From IMG/VR virus record IMGVR_UViG_3300002131_000106: DNA of 64,000 nt. One strand, written 5' to 3'. Every line of letters starts with the position of its first letter. Position 1 is the first letter of the stretch. Under the pieces are notes generated by a model. That model did not search any database. It was not told the origin of the DNA and was given only the letters and a program-made list of their open reading frames with translations. Both the position numbers and the translations under genes were made by a program. This DNA is from an uncultured virus (IMG/VR IMGVR_UViG_3300002131_000106) (Duplodnaviria; Heunggongvirae; Uroviricota; Caudoviricetes). This document shows positions 21,122 through 31,516 of this stretch, piece after piece.

Positions 21122-23863
21122 ATGGCAAATAAAAACTTTACAGTAAAGAACGGACTAGAGGTTGGTGGTCAAGAGGTCATTACCTCTGCTGGTGTATTAA
21201 CTAACTCTGCATTTCCTACTGCGTTAGCTCCTACATTTACTGATCTAACATTAACGGGATCTTTATCTGGTACTCTTGCTTCTAGTGTAACAGGTACTAC
21301 CCAATCTGCGGGGGATAATTCCACCAAGATTGCTACTACAGCTTATATTGCTACTGCTGTAGCTAACCTCGTCGATTCGTCTCCTACTACATTGGACACA
21401 TTAAACGAACTAGCTGCAGCATTAGGCGATGACCCTAACTTTGCTACTACTACAGCTACAGCTATTGGTTTAAAAGCTCCAATTGCTTCTCCTGCATTTA
21501 ATTCAGGAACAGGTAACGTTGTGGCTTCATTTACTTCTACTGATACTATCGCAGCTATACAACTAGTAGATAATAATGGTAATGTAGAAATCGGCGCAGT
21601 AGGAAATGACTTTCACGTGATGAATGCTGGAGGTGCTGCTAAGTTAGTCGTGCTTAATAGTGGCAACGTTGGTATCGGAGTTACTAATCCAGGGCAAACT
21701 TTAGAAATACACAATTCTGATGCATCAGATTATACTGACTTTGCTTTACGAGGTACTGGCCATAAATATGTTATTGGAGTTGGAAACGATTCTGTAGCTA
21801 CCGTAAATGATAAATGGTATCTATACGATAATGATAATACTGCGTTTAGAATGGTAGTAGATACATCAGGCAACGTTGGTATCGGAACAAGTACTCCAGC
21901 CGCTTCGCTCCACATAGCCGCCACCAATAACAATAATAATGGAATTATGAAACTGGGAGCAAGAACTTGGTTTAGTCATACTGACGAAGGCCAAACACAT
22001 ACATTTCTTGCAAATGATTACAACGATAATGCTGCTCAATTTGGTATAAGGATGAAAGGAGTCGCAGAAAGCGATGAAAAATTCACAATACTTGGTAGCG
22101 GCAACGTTGGTATTGGTACTAGTTCGCCTGCCGCAAAGCTGCATTTAAACTCTTCATCAACAACAGCAATTGTGTTTGATAGTGATACGTCTACACAGAA
22201 TTATGAGTTAGGTATTGGATATGGTGGTGTAGGTACAAGCTCTTTTTATCTGTACGACAATACCGCAAATGCAGCCAGATTAGTAATTGACAGCTCAGGG
22301 AATCTGTTGGTGGGAAACACTGTTGTAAACCCAGCAAGCGGCTTTAGCACTCAAAGGGGCTTTGGCTACGCAGGAGCTACAGGAAAAGTTGAAATTGCTA
22401 CTACAGCAAACGATTCAGTTATGGAGATTGGTAAGAACAATGCCACCGATGGAAGCCTTCTTGTTTTCAGAAAGCAAGGCACAGTAGTGGGGAGTATTGG
22501 TACTGCTTTTGGCGAACTAACTATAGGTAATGGTGGTTCTGGTCTTATGTTTGTGGACGCAGGGCCAGACAGAGTTCTGCCTACAACATCCACTGGAGCT
22601 GCTGCGGATGGATTGATCGACTTAGGTGATAATGACGACCGCTTCAAAGACCTATACCTATCAGGCGGTGTCCGCAACGTAAATGGGGATGGCTTTAACG
22701 CAGGTACTGAAAATGGCGAACCTATACTTATACCAGCAGACACTAGCGGGCCGCTTAACAATCAAGGCTCATTAGGACACCCAAGTTACCGTTGGAAAGA
22801 CGCTTACCTCTCAGGCACTATTGCTTTAACAACAGCAGACAATGCGTCTGCGGCTAATATGTTTGTCAGCCCATCTACTGACTTTTTATATTTAGAGCAT
22901 CCTGCTAACGGCATGATATTTAGAAATACGTCTGGCGCAGAACGCATCCGCATCTCCTCCAGCGGCAAAGTTGGTATAGGCAACGTTGCGCCATTAGCTC
23001 GTATGACTATAGGTTCATCACAGGGAAATAGTTTAGAGTTTTCATACGACACATCTAATGGTTATAGAAATAATATTTCAAATTACTGGAATTCTGGTGC
23101 CGATACTAGAATGGATTTTAATATAGGACGTGTTGCCAATGTTGCTCCTGTTACTGTGATGTCAGTCGGGTACAACAATAACGTCGGTATCGGAACAGCT
23201 TCTCCCGGCGCTAAGTTAGAGATTAAAGATGGCGATCTCTGGTTAAATGCAGCTAGTAGTGGAGACCCTGAAATTTTCTTTGTTGATGATTCGGGTGTGG
23301 GAACTGCAGGTGCAAAAATTAGATACGGCAATAGTGACGGTAATGTATACTTTGATCACAAGTGGGACAATGCAGGTTCTGGATTCTTTTTTAGAAACCG
23401 GGTAGATGGTACTGCGTTAAATACTATGGCGTTAGTAAATGGTATAGTTACTATGCCTTATCAACCGGCATTTAGTGCTTATGCAAATACTAACGAGACA
23501 ACGGCCGCTGGTGCCACTGCTCCATTTACCGCGACTATATTTGACCAAGGTGGTAATTATAGTACCGCCAATCGCCGTTTTGTTGCACCAGTGGCTGGAA
23601 TATACCAATTTTCTACATATACTAATGCTAATGGTGTATCAGCTGGGGGTTCCATGTGGTGCGCTTTTGCGGTGAATGGCGCTTATAGAGGAGCATATAT
23701 GTATCTAGTAGTCCCCACTGGAGCCACTTGGGTGTTGATAGGTGGAACACAAACTATCAAATTAGCAGCAAATGATTATGTAGAGGTTAAAGCAGGGGTT
23801 GCTATGCACTGGGATTACGGAAGTGCCGCATGGAGTAATTTCTCAGGACACTTAGTAGGATAA
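21122..23863 (+). CDS. Tail fibre/adhesin with C-terminal C1q-like domain
   Basis: MANKNFTVKNGL start, LDTLNEL box and five GNVGIG-type boxes. C-terminal PAFSAY...FVAPVAGIYQFS...LAANDYVEV...FSGHLVG matches the C1q pattern. Confidence 0.8.
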   Translation: MANKNFTVKNGLEVGGQEVITSAGVLTNSAFPTALAPTFTDLTLTGSLSGTLASSVTGTTQSAGDNSTKIATTAYIATAVANLVDSSPTTLDTLNELAAALGDDPNFATTTATAIGLKAPIASPAFNSGTGNVVASFTSTDTIAAIQLVDNNGNVEIGAVGNDFHVMNAGGAAKLVVLNSGNVGIGVTNPGQTLEIHNSDASDYTDFALRGTGHKYVIGVGNDSVATVNDKWYLYDNDNTAFRMVVDTSGNVGIGTSTPAASLHIAATNNNNNGIMKLGARTWFSHTDEGQTHTFLANDYNDNAAQFGIRMKGVAESDEKFTILGSGNVGIGTSSPAAKLHLNSSSTTAIVFDSDTSTQNYELGIGYGGVGTSSFYLYDNTANAARLVIDSSGNLLVGNTVVNPASGFSTQRGFGYAGATGKVEIATTANDSVMEIGKNNATDGSLLVFRKQGTVVGSIGTAFGELTIGNGGSGLMFVDAGPDRVLPTTSTGAAADGLIDLGDNDDRFKDLYLSGGVRNVNGDGFNAGTENGEPILIPADTSGPLNNQGSLGHPSYRWKDAYLSGTIALTTADNASAANMFVSPSTDFLYLEHPANGMIFRNTSGAERIRISSSGKVGIGNVAPLARMTIGSSQGNSLEFSYDTSNGYRNNISNYWNSGADTRMDFNIGRVANVAPVTVMSVGYNNNVGIGTASPGAKLEIKDGDLWLNAASSGDPEIFFVDDSGVGTAGAKIRYGNSDGNVYFDHKWDNAGSGFFFRNRVDGTALNTMALVNGIVTMPYQPAFSAYANTNETTAAGATAPFTATIFDQGGNYSTANRRFVAPVAGIYQFSTYTNANGVSAGGSMWCAFAVNGAYRGAYMYLVVPTGATWVLIGGTQTIKLAANDYVEVKAGVAMHWDYGSAAWSNFSGHLVG

Positions 23864-23876
23864 CAAAGGAAAAAAT

Positions 23877-24140
23877 ATGAATATTACAATTGAACTAACA
23901 GAAACACAAGAAAAAGCATTGGCATATGTTGCGGTATCACCACAAGAGTGGGCAGAGAATGTAGTGCATAACAGATGTCGGATAGCAATAGACGAAATCT
24001 ATACTATGGAAGTCGCTCGTATGACTGCAGACCCAGACATTACAAGTATCCCAGCAGATAAAGATACCGTAGTACTTGCTGCAGATATTCAGTCAGCAGC
24101 AGAGCGTAATGCTTCGCAACAAGAAAACCTAATAGGTTAA
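23877..24140 (+). CDS. Small fibre-partner protein
   Basis: AAGGA SD. 87 aa (PQEWAENVVHNRCRIAIDEI) directly after the C1q fibre. Function inferred from position only. Confidence 0.65.
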   Translation: MNITIELTETQEKALAYVAVSPQEWAENVVHNRCRIAIDEIYTMEVARMTADPDITSIPADKDTVVLAADIQSAAERNASQQENLIG

Positions 24141-24154
24141 AGGATATATAAAAG

Positions 24155-26722
24155 ATGGCATTAACTAAAATAACAAGTAATATGATAGCTGCAGGTGCTA
24201 TTGATTCTACACATATTGGTGGAATCAATACAGCTGATGTATCAGAAACAACTAACCTGTATTTTACTGATGCTCGCGCGGATGCTCGAATAGCAGCTGC
24301 AAATACTGGAAACTTAACCGAAGGCTCGAATCTATACTTCACCAATGCAAGAGCAGATGCTCGAATTGTAAATGCTGGTAGTGTGAACTGGAATACTGCG
24401 TATGGTTGGGGAGATCATGGTACACAAAGCTATGCTACTCAAACATATGTAGTAACTCAAATAACTAATCTTGTTGATTCATCTCCTACTACTCTGGATA
24501 CGTTGAATGAACTAGCAGCAGCTCTTGGTGATGACCCTAACTTTGCTACTACTGTAACAAACTCTATTGCTGCTAAGTTACCTCTTGCTGGTGGTACGCT
24601 GACTGGCACACTTGTAGTTCCTGCAGTTACTGTAGGCAATTCAAGCATAGGTAGTAACTCATCACACCTTGCTAATATAACTATTAATAATAACGGTTAC
24701 ATAGGAACAACCTACGACTCTACATCACTCAACTTTACAACAGCGGGGGACTTAGTTGCTACAGGCAAGTTGGGAATTGGTACTCCTGTTAATACTGCTC
24801 CAAGTGTCCGCCTAGAAGTAGGTGACGGAGTTAGTTCTGAAACAATAAAAGTTAATGCGGGTACAGGATGGGCTGACCTTAGATTACACAGTGCCTCCAC
24901 TAACGGAGGTAGTATCTATTTTAATGATGGGGCTGACGCAGGACAGCTTTTCTATTACCACGCTGATGATTCTATGCGGTTCCATACTGCCACTACAGAA
25001 CGCATGCGCATAGACGCATCAGGCAAAGTTGGTATCGCTGAAGGTGGAGTAATCTATGCAAGCAGATTTTCAGCAGGGAAGCCAGCCAATCATGTACCAG
25101 GTGCTGCACTTACATCATCTCCGCACGCATTTTATTCAGAAGCTGAGTTAGGGGGTACAACAGGCAATGATCAAAAAATAGCTGTGTTCGCTGGGTCAGA
25201 TGCAACAAATGTTTCTGGTCTAGCTTTATACCGATATAGGAGATCTACTGGTACTAACTGGACAACAGATGGGTTTTCTTTAAGACAAGAAGTAGACGGC
25301 ACCGCAAATATTTTTAATTATATGAACTTTGCTGGTGGCAACGTGGGTATCGGAACAGATACTCCAACAGCAAAATTAACTGTAGCTGGCGACCTAACTA
25401 TCGGCACTGGAACCCAGGCAGTTAATGGTGATGGTACCCTAACAATACGAAAAGGCGATGCTTTTGCAGGTTTAGACTTTCAGTCTGCAAGAACAGCGGG
25501 CAATATAGGCGGCACAAGATTCTATAATACATCTAGTACTTCTGTACCCGCCGCTCAATTTTTAATAGAGGTGGATGGTTCTTATAATTTTTACAACGGC
25601 ACGAATGGGGCGCAAAATAGATTAAAAATAGACGCATCCGGCAACGTTGGTATCGGAAGAACTAATCCAACAGCACCTCTAGAAGTATTCTCTGGAGAAA
25701 TTGCAACTGGTGCTAACAAGGGGATTAGACTAGTTAATAACAGTGCGTCCAAGATGTACAGTATAAGAACGGGTATCGTTGGAGCTGAAAACACGTCATT
25801 TGCTATACATGATGATACTGCTTCAACCAATAGATTAGTAATAAGCTCGGCAGGCAACGTGGGTATAGGGACGAGCCCAGATGGTGCGAATGGAAGACTA
25901 CAAGTTGCAGGTGGTATCTCTACAACAGGAAACTCTGAAATTAGACAAAGCACCAATAGTGATGGAAGCACGTTAAAAATTATTGCCACCAATGTAGTTG
26001 TGGGTCATACAAATGCCATTGGTTATAGTTACAGTGGTGGCGGGCTACTCGCGGCAGTTTCTACAAGTGGGTCAACAACGGTACTAGATGCTGGCGCATA
26101 TGATACTTCTAACGGCCATAGACTTAAAATTATAAACGATGGTAGTGGTATTAGCGGCTCTTTGGAATATCTTGCTGGAGCTACCCCACTGTTAAAAGTT
26201 GTTAGCAGTTCAGGTACTGTATTGGTTGGCCATTCCAGTGGCAATACAGGAGCTAGATTTGAAGTAAGAGGTAATCAGACTAGTCATCTTAATGCCATGA
26301 CCAGCGGTAACGCGTCAATTGTTGGTTCAGGGATTCCAGGACAAATAGCAGAAGGGGTTCTTGCGCTACCAGCTGGGTCTTTAGGTACACAAGTTACAAT
26401 ACCGGTATATTCTCAATCAAATTTATGGCGACAGTATGTAGTAGAGATATGGGTTAGTACTGCAGAGTATAATTATAGTACTAACAGAGGCGGAACTTGG
26501 AAAGGACAATTTGGATCTCTGACATCTATTAATGGTTTGGCTACTTTAGAGGGTCCAACGGGGAATATATCTAGTGTTACTGCCAGTGGCTCTAACCTTC
26601 TAGTAAACTTTACTGCTGGTTACATTGCAGGTCTGGCCAACTACGAAGGAGTTTATTTGTATTATAAGGTTTTAGGCGGGGCCCCTTCATATTTCCAAGC
26701 TTGGAATGCAACCCTCAATTAA
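24155..26722 (+). CDS. Tail fibre/adhesin
   Basis: MALTKI start, NLYFTxARA x2, [18 protein letters not shown] box, GNVGIG boxes and a unique beta-rich C-terminus. Confidence 0.8.
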   Translation: MALTKITSNMIAAGAIDSTHIGGINTADVSETTNLYFTDARADARIAAANTGNLTEGSNLYFTNARADARIVNAGSVNWNTAYGWGDHGTQSYATQTYVVTQITNLVDSSPTTLDTLNELAAALGDDPNFATTVTNSIAAKLPLAGGTLTGTLVVPAVTVGNSSIGSNSSHLANITINNNGYIGTTYDSTSLNFTTAGDLVATGKLGIGTPVNTAPSVRLEVGDGVSSETIKVNAGTGWADLRLHSASTNGGSIYFNDGADAGQLFYYHADDSMRFHTATTERMRIDASGKVGIAEGGVIYASRFSAGKPANHVPGAALTSSPHAFYSEAELGGTTGNDQKIAVFAGSDATNVSGLALYRYRRSTGTNWTTDGFSLRQEVDGTANIFNYMNFAGGNVGIGTDTPTAKLTVAGDLTIGTGTQAVNGDGTLTIRKGDAFAGLDFQSARTAGNIGGTRFYNTSSTSVPAAQFLIEVDGSYNFYNGTNGAQNRLKIDASGNVGIGRTNPTAPLEVFSGEIATGANKGIRLVNNSASKMYSIRTGIVGAENTSFAIHDDTASTNRLVISSAGNVGIGTSPDGANGRLQVAGGISTTGNSEIRQSTNSDGSTLKIIATNVVVGHTNAIGYSYSGGGLLAAVSTSGSTTVLDAGAYDTSNGHRLKIINDGSGISGSLEYLAGATPLLKVVSSSGTVLVGHSSGNTGARFEVRGNQTSHLNAMTSGNASIVGSGIPGQIAEGVLALPAGSLGTQVTIPVYSQSNLWRQYVVEIWVSTAEYNYSTNRGGTWKGQFGSLTSINGLATLEGPTGNISSVTASGSNLLVNFTAGYIAGLANYEGVYLYYKVLGGAPSYFQAWNATLN

Positions 26723-26735
26723 GGAGAAATAAATT

Positions 26736-26951
26736 ATGGCACAAGAAATAAGAGTAGCATATAGAGATGCTGATAAGAGCATACAGGGGTTTATTGGGGC
26801 TGAAATAGAATATGAAGTAATCATAGGACCTAAATTAGCAGAGGATGGTGTATTAATAGCTCCAAATATATTATCATTTAATGATGATTATACAATAACT
26901 AATGCAGACTTATCAGTTAATTCTAGTGGTGTGGCAGTTAGAGCACAATAA
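26736..26951 (+). CDS. Small hypothetical protein after fibre gene
   Basis: Strong AAGGAG SD. 71 aa filling the gap before the next late promoter. Confidence 0.65.
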   Translation: MAQEIRVAYRDADKSIQGFIGAEIEYEVIIGPKLAEDGVLIAPNILSFNDDYTITNADLSVNSSGVAVRAQ

Positions 26952-26996
26952 CTTTCAATTCACCAACCAATAATATTTGGCATTAGATTTATATAG

Positions 26997-27004
26997 TATA
27001 AATA
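26997..27004 (+). promoter_or_regulatory. Late promoter TATAAATA
   Basis: Exact intergenic consensus upstream of ORF 27040. Confidence 0.85.
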
Positions 27005-27039
27005 GTAATATAACTAGACAAACATAGGGTTTAACCGAT

Positions 27040-30000
27040 ATGGTTACTAAGGTAAAATACATAGCGGATGGCGTTGTAAACGCGAGTCAGATTACACTTA
27101 CAACAGCATCTACAGGAGATAATACAACCGCTCCAGCAACAACTGCATTTGTTCAGCAGGAAATGGCAGCGCTAGTTGATTCATCTCCTGGTACGCTTGA
27201 TACCCTTAATGAACTAGCTGCTGCACTCGGTGATGATCCTAACTTTGCTACTACTACAGCTACAGCAATAGGTCTTAAAGCTCCTTTGGCTTCTCCTAAT
27301 TTTACGGGCACAGTAAATATATCCGCAAGTCAGGCCGTATTGACAATAGCTTCATCCTCTACCTCCAGTGGAAATGAAGGAGAGTTACTACTATCCCACG
27401 CGGGTCATAACTCATTTGAAATAAAAGGGGGTTCTGACTTAGCTTTTTCTTCTGATGGCGGAGTAAATGAAAGAGTAAGGATAACAAATGCCGGCAACGT
27501 GGGTATCGGTACTACTTCGCCTGCTGCAAAACTTCATGTAAGTGGATCGTTTGGAAGTCAATTTAGACTTCAAGAAACAGCTGGCACTTACTTTGACATT
27601 GCGTCTGGTGGTCGCTTTGATTTAAAAAATGCGGCAGGAACAACAATTGTTTCTATTGCACAAAGCGGCTCACCAGTTGGAACACAGTTAAACCTAGACA
27701 GCGCAGGGAACCTCGGTTTGGGAGTTACTCCTAGTGCTTGGTTATCTGGGTACAAAGTATTTGAGATGCCTCAGCTATCCCTATTTAGTGGCGGTGGCGG
27801 TGGCGGGTTCTTGTTAGGGAACGCATATCTAAATTCGTCTGCACAATTTATTTATAAGGTTTCAGGATTAGCTGCTGCATCATATAACAATCAGGGCGGC
27901 TCTCACGTTTTTAGTATCGCCCCATCAGGCACAGCAGGTAGCGCTATTAGCTTTACTCAGGCGATGACGCTAGACAACGCAGGCAACGTCGGTATCGGAA
28001 CTAGTTCGCCTAGTGCTAAGTTAACCGTTGCTCTACCATCAGGAACAAATGGCGATATTATTAATATGGCAAGGTCTGGTGGTGCTTATGACTTTAATTT
28101 AGGGGTGGATGAAAACAGCGCATGGTATTTATCAAATGCTTCTGATGAAAAGCTTTTAAATGTTACGTATACAGGCAAAGTCGGCATCGGAATAAGTTCT
28201 CCAACTCAAAAACTCGAAGTAGCCGGAACAGCCCTCGTAGAAAACGCAAAATTAAAAGCAATCGCTGCAAGCAACTCAGACACAGCAGTTGACGTATTCA
28301 TCTATGACACACGCAAAGATAGCGATGGTGGTGCATGGAGAAAGCGCACACAGAACACAAGTTGGTATAACGAAACACTGAACACATCTACTCGTGGGGC
28401 AAGAAAAGAATTTCCTTGTGTTGCTGTGATTGTGGCAGAAAATGGATCAGGCGGAGGAGTTAGTATCTATGACGGAGACGACCCTGACTTGCCTCTATGG
28501 ATGAAGTTTAGTAACTCGACTAGTGGTTGGAATACTGGTTTAATACCCTTAGGGGGAGGCACAACACATATTACTGCTGCATCAGCGAAAAACGGTCAGC
28601 TTTCAGTTTCGACGACGACCAACAGTCTCGGACTTTTAGTTATAAGTTTTATAGAAGACATGACAAGGGCTTATCTTAATGTGAACAGTTATGGAGGCAT
28701 TGATACTGCTCCTTTATCGCTGAGAAACACTACAGGCCACACTTTTGCAAATAATCAGGCAGGAGGTAATACTCTGCCTTTGCTTGTCAATTTAAATATC
28801 AACGATGTAGCCATGACAGTTCTTCCCAACGCACCTATCGACGCTGACACTGGACTGCCTGTGCCAACCATAGCGGTTGCTACTAATGGCGGTGTGAGTG
28901 TTATTAAGGATGATGGGACTGTTATTAATTTTACAGGTGCTACTAATTATGATGTCACAAATAAAATAATATTTACTTCAGATCATAGACTTCGTTTTAC
29001 TATGGACTCGGGTAATGATAGATTCTTCCGAACCTTCAATCTTCCTTCCGCAACAGTTGCAGTTAATCAATGGGACGGCAGTTACGATGATGGCATTACC
29101 GGATACTTAAATTATGGATCTAGTGGTGATATCTGGATGGGAGGTTATATAACTGCAATGACCGAGAATGATGTTGCTAATGTGACTGGCTTAATTCGTT
29201 TTGAAGAAAATGTAACAACACCTAGAGCGAGCTTGGCCGCTTATATCAGCTCAACATATAACACAGGTTATGTGATTGGACATAATATGTTAGCCACCCT
29301 TTCGGATACTGATACGACGAATGCTGTTGGCACAGAGTTGGTTACGAATGGTACTTTTGATAGTGATGTTAGTGGGTGGAGCGCAAACAATGGAGCTACT
29401 ATTGTTTGGAACGGCTCTGGTGATCAGACCGCTACAGTCACATCAAACGGAGTAAATGTATGGAATGGAGCAACGCAGACCCTTACAGGATTAGTGGTCG
29501 GTAAGACTTACATTCTCACAGCCGATATTATCACATCTAGTAACTGGGGCTCTATTAGCTTTAGTGCAGGTGCAAACAGTGGTTTAAAGTATGGCACATA
29601 CACTTCGTGGAATGGCGGAAGTGCTTTCCCGATGAAAGCAGTAGCTCAATTTACAGCATCCGCAACTTCGGTCACTGTAAGCATTGATAGTTTGAATACA
29701 ACCATTGCAACTGTTACTAAAGTAGATAATATATCAGTACGCCTCGCAGAACAAGACCGCAGTTACTATGGCAAAGGTCTCCAAGTATTCGGCACAATCA
29801 CTAAAACTGCTGTTGCAACAGGTGCTGACCTTGTGGGATACAGTGGGTTTAGTGCTAATAACTATCTGTTACAACCATACAACAGTGACTTGAATTTTGG
29901 TACGGGCGATTTCAGTATATCTGCTTGGGTTCAACTACCAACTGTTGGCAGCCCCACTAGAGGGATAATCTGTGAACGTGAGGGTACCGATTATAGCTGG

Positions 30001-30540
30001 CAATTTTTCCAATATAATAGTCGCTTTTATTTTTACGTAGGAAGTTCTTCTGCTCCTGCTTATACATCACAAGCCTACTCTAGTTATGGTATATGGTATA
30101 ATGTAGTTGTAGGTGTTAAAAACGGAAAGATTTTCATCTATGTAAATGGAGAATATAATATAGAAGTGGCAGGAACACCAACGACAGTAACCGCCACAGA
30201 TGCAGTTCTATCAGTCGGAGTACAAACAAACGCAACAAGCGAGCCATTTACTGGTGGACAAATAGCCCTCCTACGCATCTCAGCAACAGCACCGTCCGCC
30301 GAACAGATCGCCAAAATCTACAACGATGAGAAGTTCCTATTCCAAGAGAATGCAAAGGCTACTCTTTACGGTTCTTCAGATGCAGTCACGGCACTCGCAT
30401 ACGATGACGATACTGAACTGCTTCATGTCGGAACAAGTGCAGGTCGATCAGTATTCCAAGGACTAAATAGAGTAGATAACACAACAGATGCTGTAGGTAC
30501 TGCTATCAGTGCAAGCAACGGCCTAGTGGCAGAGGATTAA
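27040..30540 (+). CDS. Tail fibre/adhesin with carbohydrate-binding-like and LamG (ConA-like) domains
   Basis: LDTLNEL box and GNVGIG boxes. DVFIYDTRKDSDGGAWRKR domain. ELVTNGTFDSDVSGW (CBM-like). GDFSISAWV...WYNVVV...IYVNG (LamG). Confidence 0.8.
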   Translation: MVTKVKYIADGVVNASQITLTTASTGDNTTAPATTAFVQQEMAALVDSSPGTLDTLNELAAALGDDPNFATTTATAIGLKAPLASPNFTGTVNISASQAVLTIASSSTSSGNEGELLLSHAGHNSFEIKGGSDLAFSSDGGVNERVRITNAGNVGIGTTSPAAKLHVSGSFGSQFRLQETAGTYFDIASGGRFDLKNAAGTTIVSIAQSGSPVGTQLNLDSAGNLGLGVTPSAWLSGYKVFEMPQLSLFSGGGGGGFLLGNAYLNSSAQFIYKVSGLAAASYNNQGGSHVFSIAPSGTAGSAISFTQAMTLDNAGNVGIGTSSPSAKLTVALPSGTNGDIINMARSGGAYDFNLGVDENSAWYLSNASDEKLLNVTYTGKVGIGISSPTQKLEVAGTALVENAKLKAIAASNSDTAVDVFIYDTRKDSDGGAWRKRTQNTSWYNETLNTSTRGARKEFPCVAVIVAENGSGGGVSIYDGDDPDLPLWMKFSNSTSGWNTGLIPLGGGTTHITAASAKNGQLSVSTTTNSLGLLVISFIEDMTRAYLNVNSYGGIDTAPLSLRNTTGHTFANNQAGGNTLPLLVNLNINDVAMTVLPNAPIDADTGLPVPTIAVATNGGVSVIKDDGTVINFTGATNYDVTNKIIFTSDHRLRFTMDSGNDRFFRTFNLPSATVAVNQWDGSYDDGITGYLNYGSSGDIWMGGYITAMTENDVANVTGLIRFEENVTTPRASLAAYISSTYNTGYVIGHNMLATLSDTDTTNAVGTELVTNGTFDSDVSGWSANNGATIVWNGSGDQTATVTSNGVNVWNGATQTLTGLVVGKTYILTADIITSSNWGSISFSAGANSGLKYGTYTSWNGGSAFPMKAVAQFTASATSVTVSIDSLNTTIATVTKVDNISVRLAEQDRSYYGKGLQVFGTITKTAVATGADLVGYSGFSANNYLLQPYNSDLNFGTGDFSISAWVQLPTVGSPTRGIICEREGTDYSWQFFQYNSRFYFYVGSSSAPAYTSQAYSSYGIWYNVVVGVKNGKIFIYVNGEYNIEVAGTPTTVTATDAVLSVGVQTNATSEPFTGGQIALLRISATAPSAEQIAKIYNDEKFLFQENAKATLYGSSDAVTALAYDDDTELLHVGTSAGRSVFQGLNRVDNTTDAVGTAISASNGLVAED

Positions 30541-30542
30541 TA

Positions 30543-31514
30543 ATGGCAGTTAAATTTACAAAACCTGAAATCAATGTAAGAGAGAAACTTTCAGAACTCG
30601 ACAAGCCTTCAGGAATTGCCGGAGAGGCGATGCTACGTGCTGAGACCCCGCAGGAACAGTTTAATCTGATTGGTGCTGGTCGTAGGAATCTTGTTATTAA
30701 TGGTGATATGGCCGTATGGCAAAGAGGCACTTCATTTGCTGGAACGGAGCCCTCTACTTTTTCCGCAGATAGATGGAATGTAAGCTACGAGGATGCTACA
30801 AACACAAGAACTGCATCTCGGTCTACAATAGTTCCCGATGGGTTTACATATTCTATGGAGATAGTTGGTAGCGGTGGCCAATATCCATCAACGGGAGTAG
30901 AATTACCTGTAACTGGAAAAGGAGGGATATTTGCTAAAGGCAAAAATTTTACATACAGCCTTTACAGCGATGCTCCGTCGGCACCATTATTATACGTTCT
31001 TTTCAGAGATAATATTCATGGATCGAGCGGTAGTCAAGTTGCGATATTGATCGGTAAAGAAATGTTGGTTATCGAAAGCGATTGCGGTAACGGATTCAAA
31101 AGATATGCGATTACCTTTCCTATAACTGGTATTCCTGTTGCAGGAAACCAATGTTTAACTATTGCACCTAGATTTGGTAATACAATCATCGATGAAACAT
31201 ACAGAGTTACTGGTTGTCAACTAGAAGCTGGCAAAGTCGCCACCCCATTCGAGCATCGTTCATACGGAGAAGAACTAGCGCTATGTCAGCGTTATTATGA
31301 GAAGTATGACCAAACCGCAAATTTTTACGCGGCGGTAAGTGTTAGTGATACTCCTCGAATTAATGGCACTTGGAATGTGGCCAAAAGGGCAGCACCTACC
31401 ATGACTAATAATGGAGGGTGGGGGATGGCTGGAACTATTTATGGATACGAAGGTTATCATGCAACTGCCGGCGATAGACTAGTACCCTCTTGGACAGCGG
31501 ATGCGGAGCTATAA
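30543..31514 (+). CDS. Virion fibre-associated protein with carbohydrate-binding-like domain
   Basis: RRNLVINGDMAVWQRG...ADRW...QLEAGKVATPFEHRSYGEELALCQRYY is a widespread phage fibre-domain signature. Confidence 0.75.
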   Translation: MAVKFTKPEINVREKLSELDKPSGIAGEAMLRAETPQEQFNLIGAGRRNLVINGDMAVWQRGTSFAGTEPSTFSADRWNVSYEDATNTRTASRSTIVPDGFTYSMEIVGSGGQYPSTGVELPVTGKGGIFAKGKNFTYSLYSDAPSAPLLYVLFRDNIHGSSGSQVAILIGKEMLVIESDCGNGFKRYAITFPITGIPVAGNQCLTIAPRFGNTIIDETYRVTGCQLEAGKVATPFEHRSYGEELALCQRYYEKYDQTANFYAAVSVSDTPRINGTWNVAKRAAPTMTNNGGWGMAGTIYGYEGYHATAGDRLVPSWTADAEL

Positions 31515-31516
31515 TT

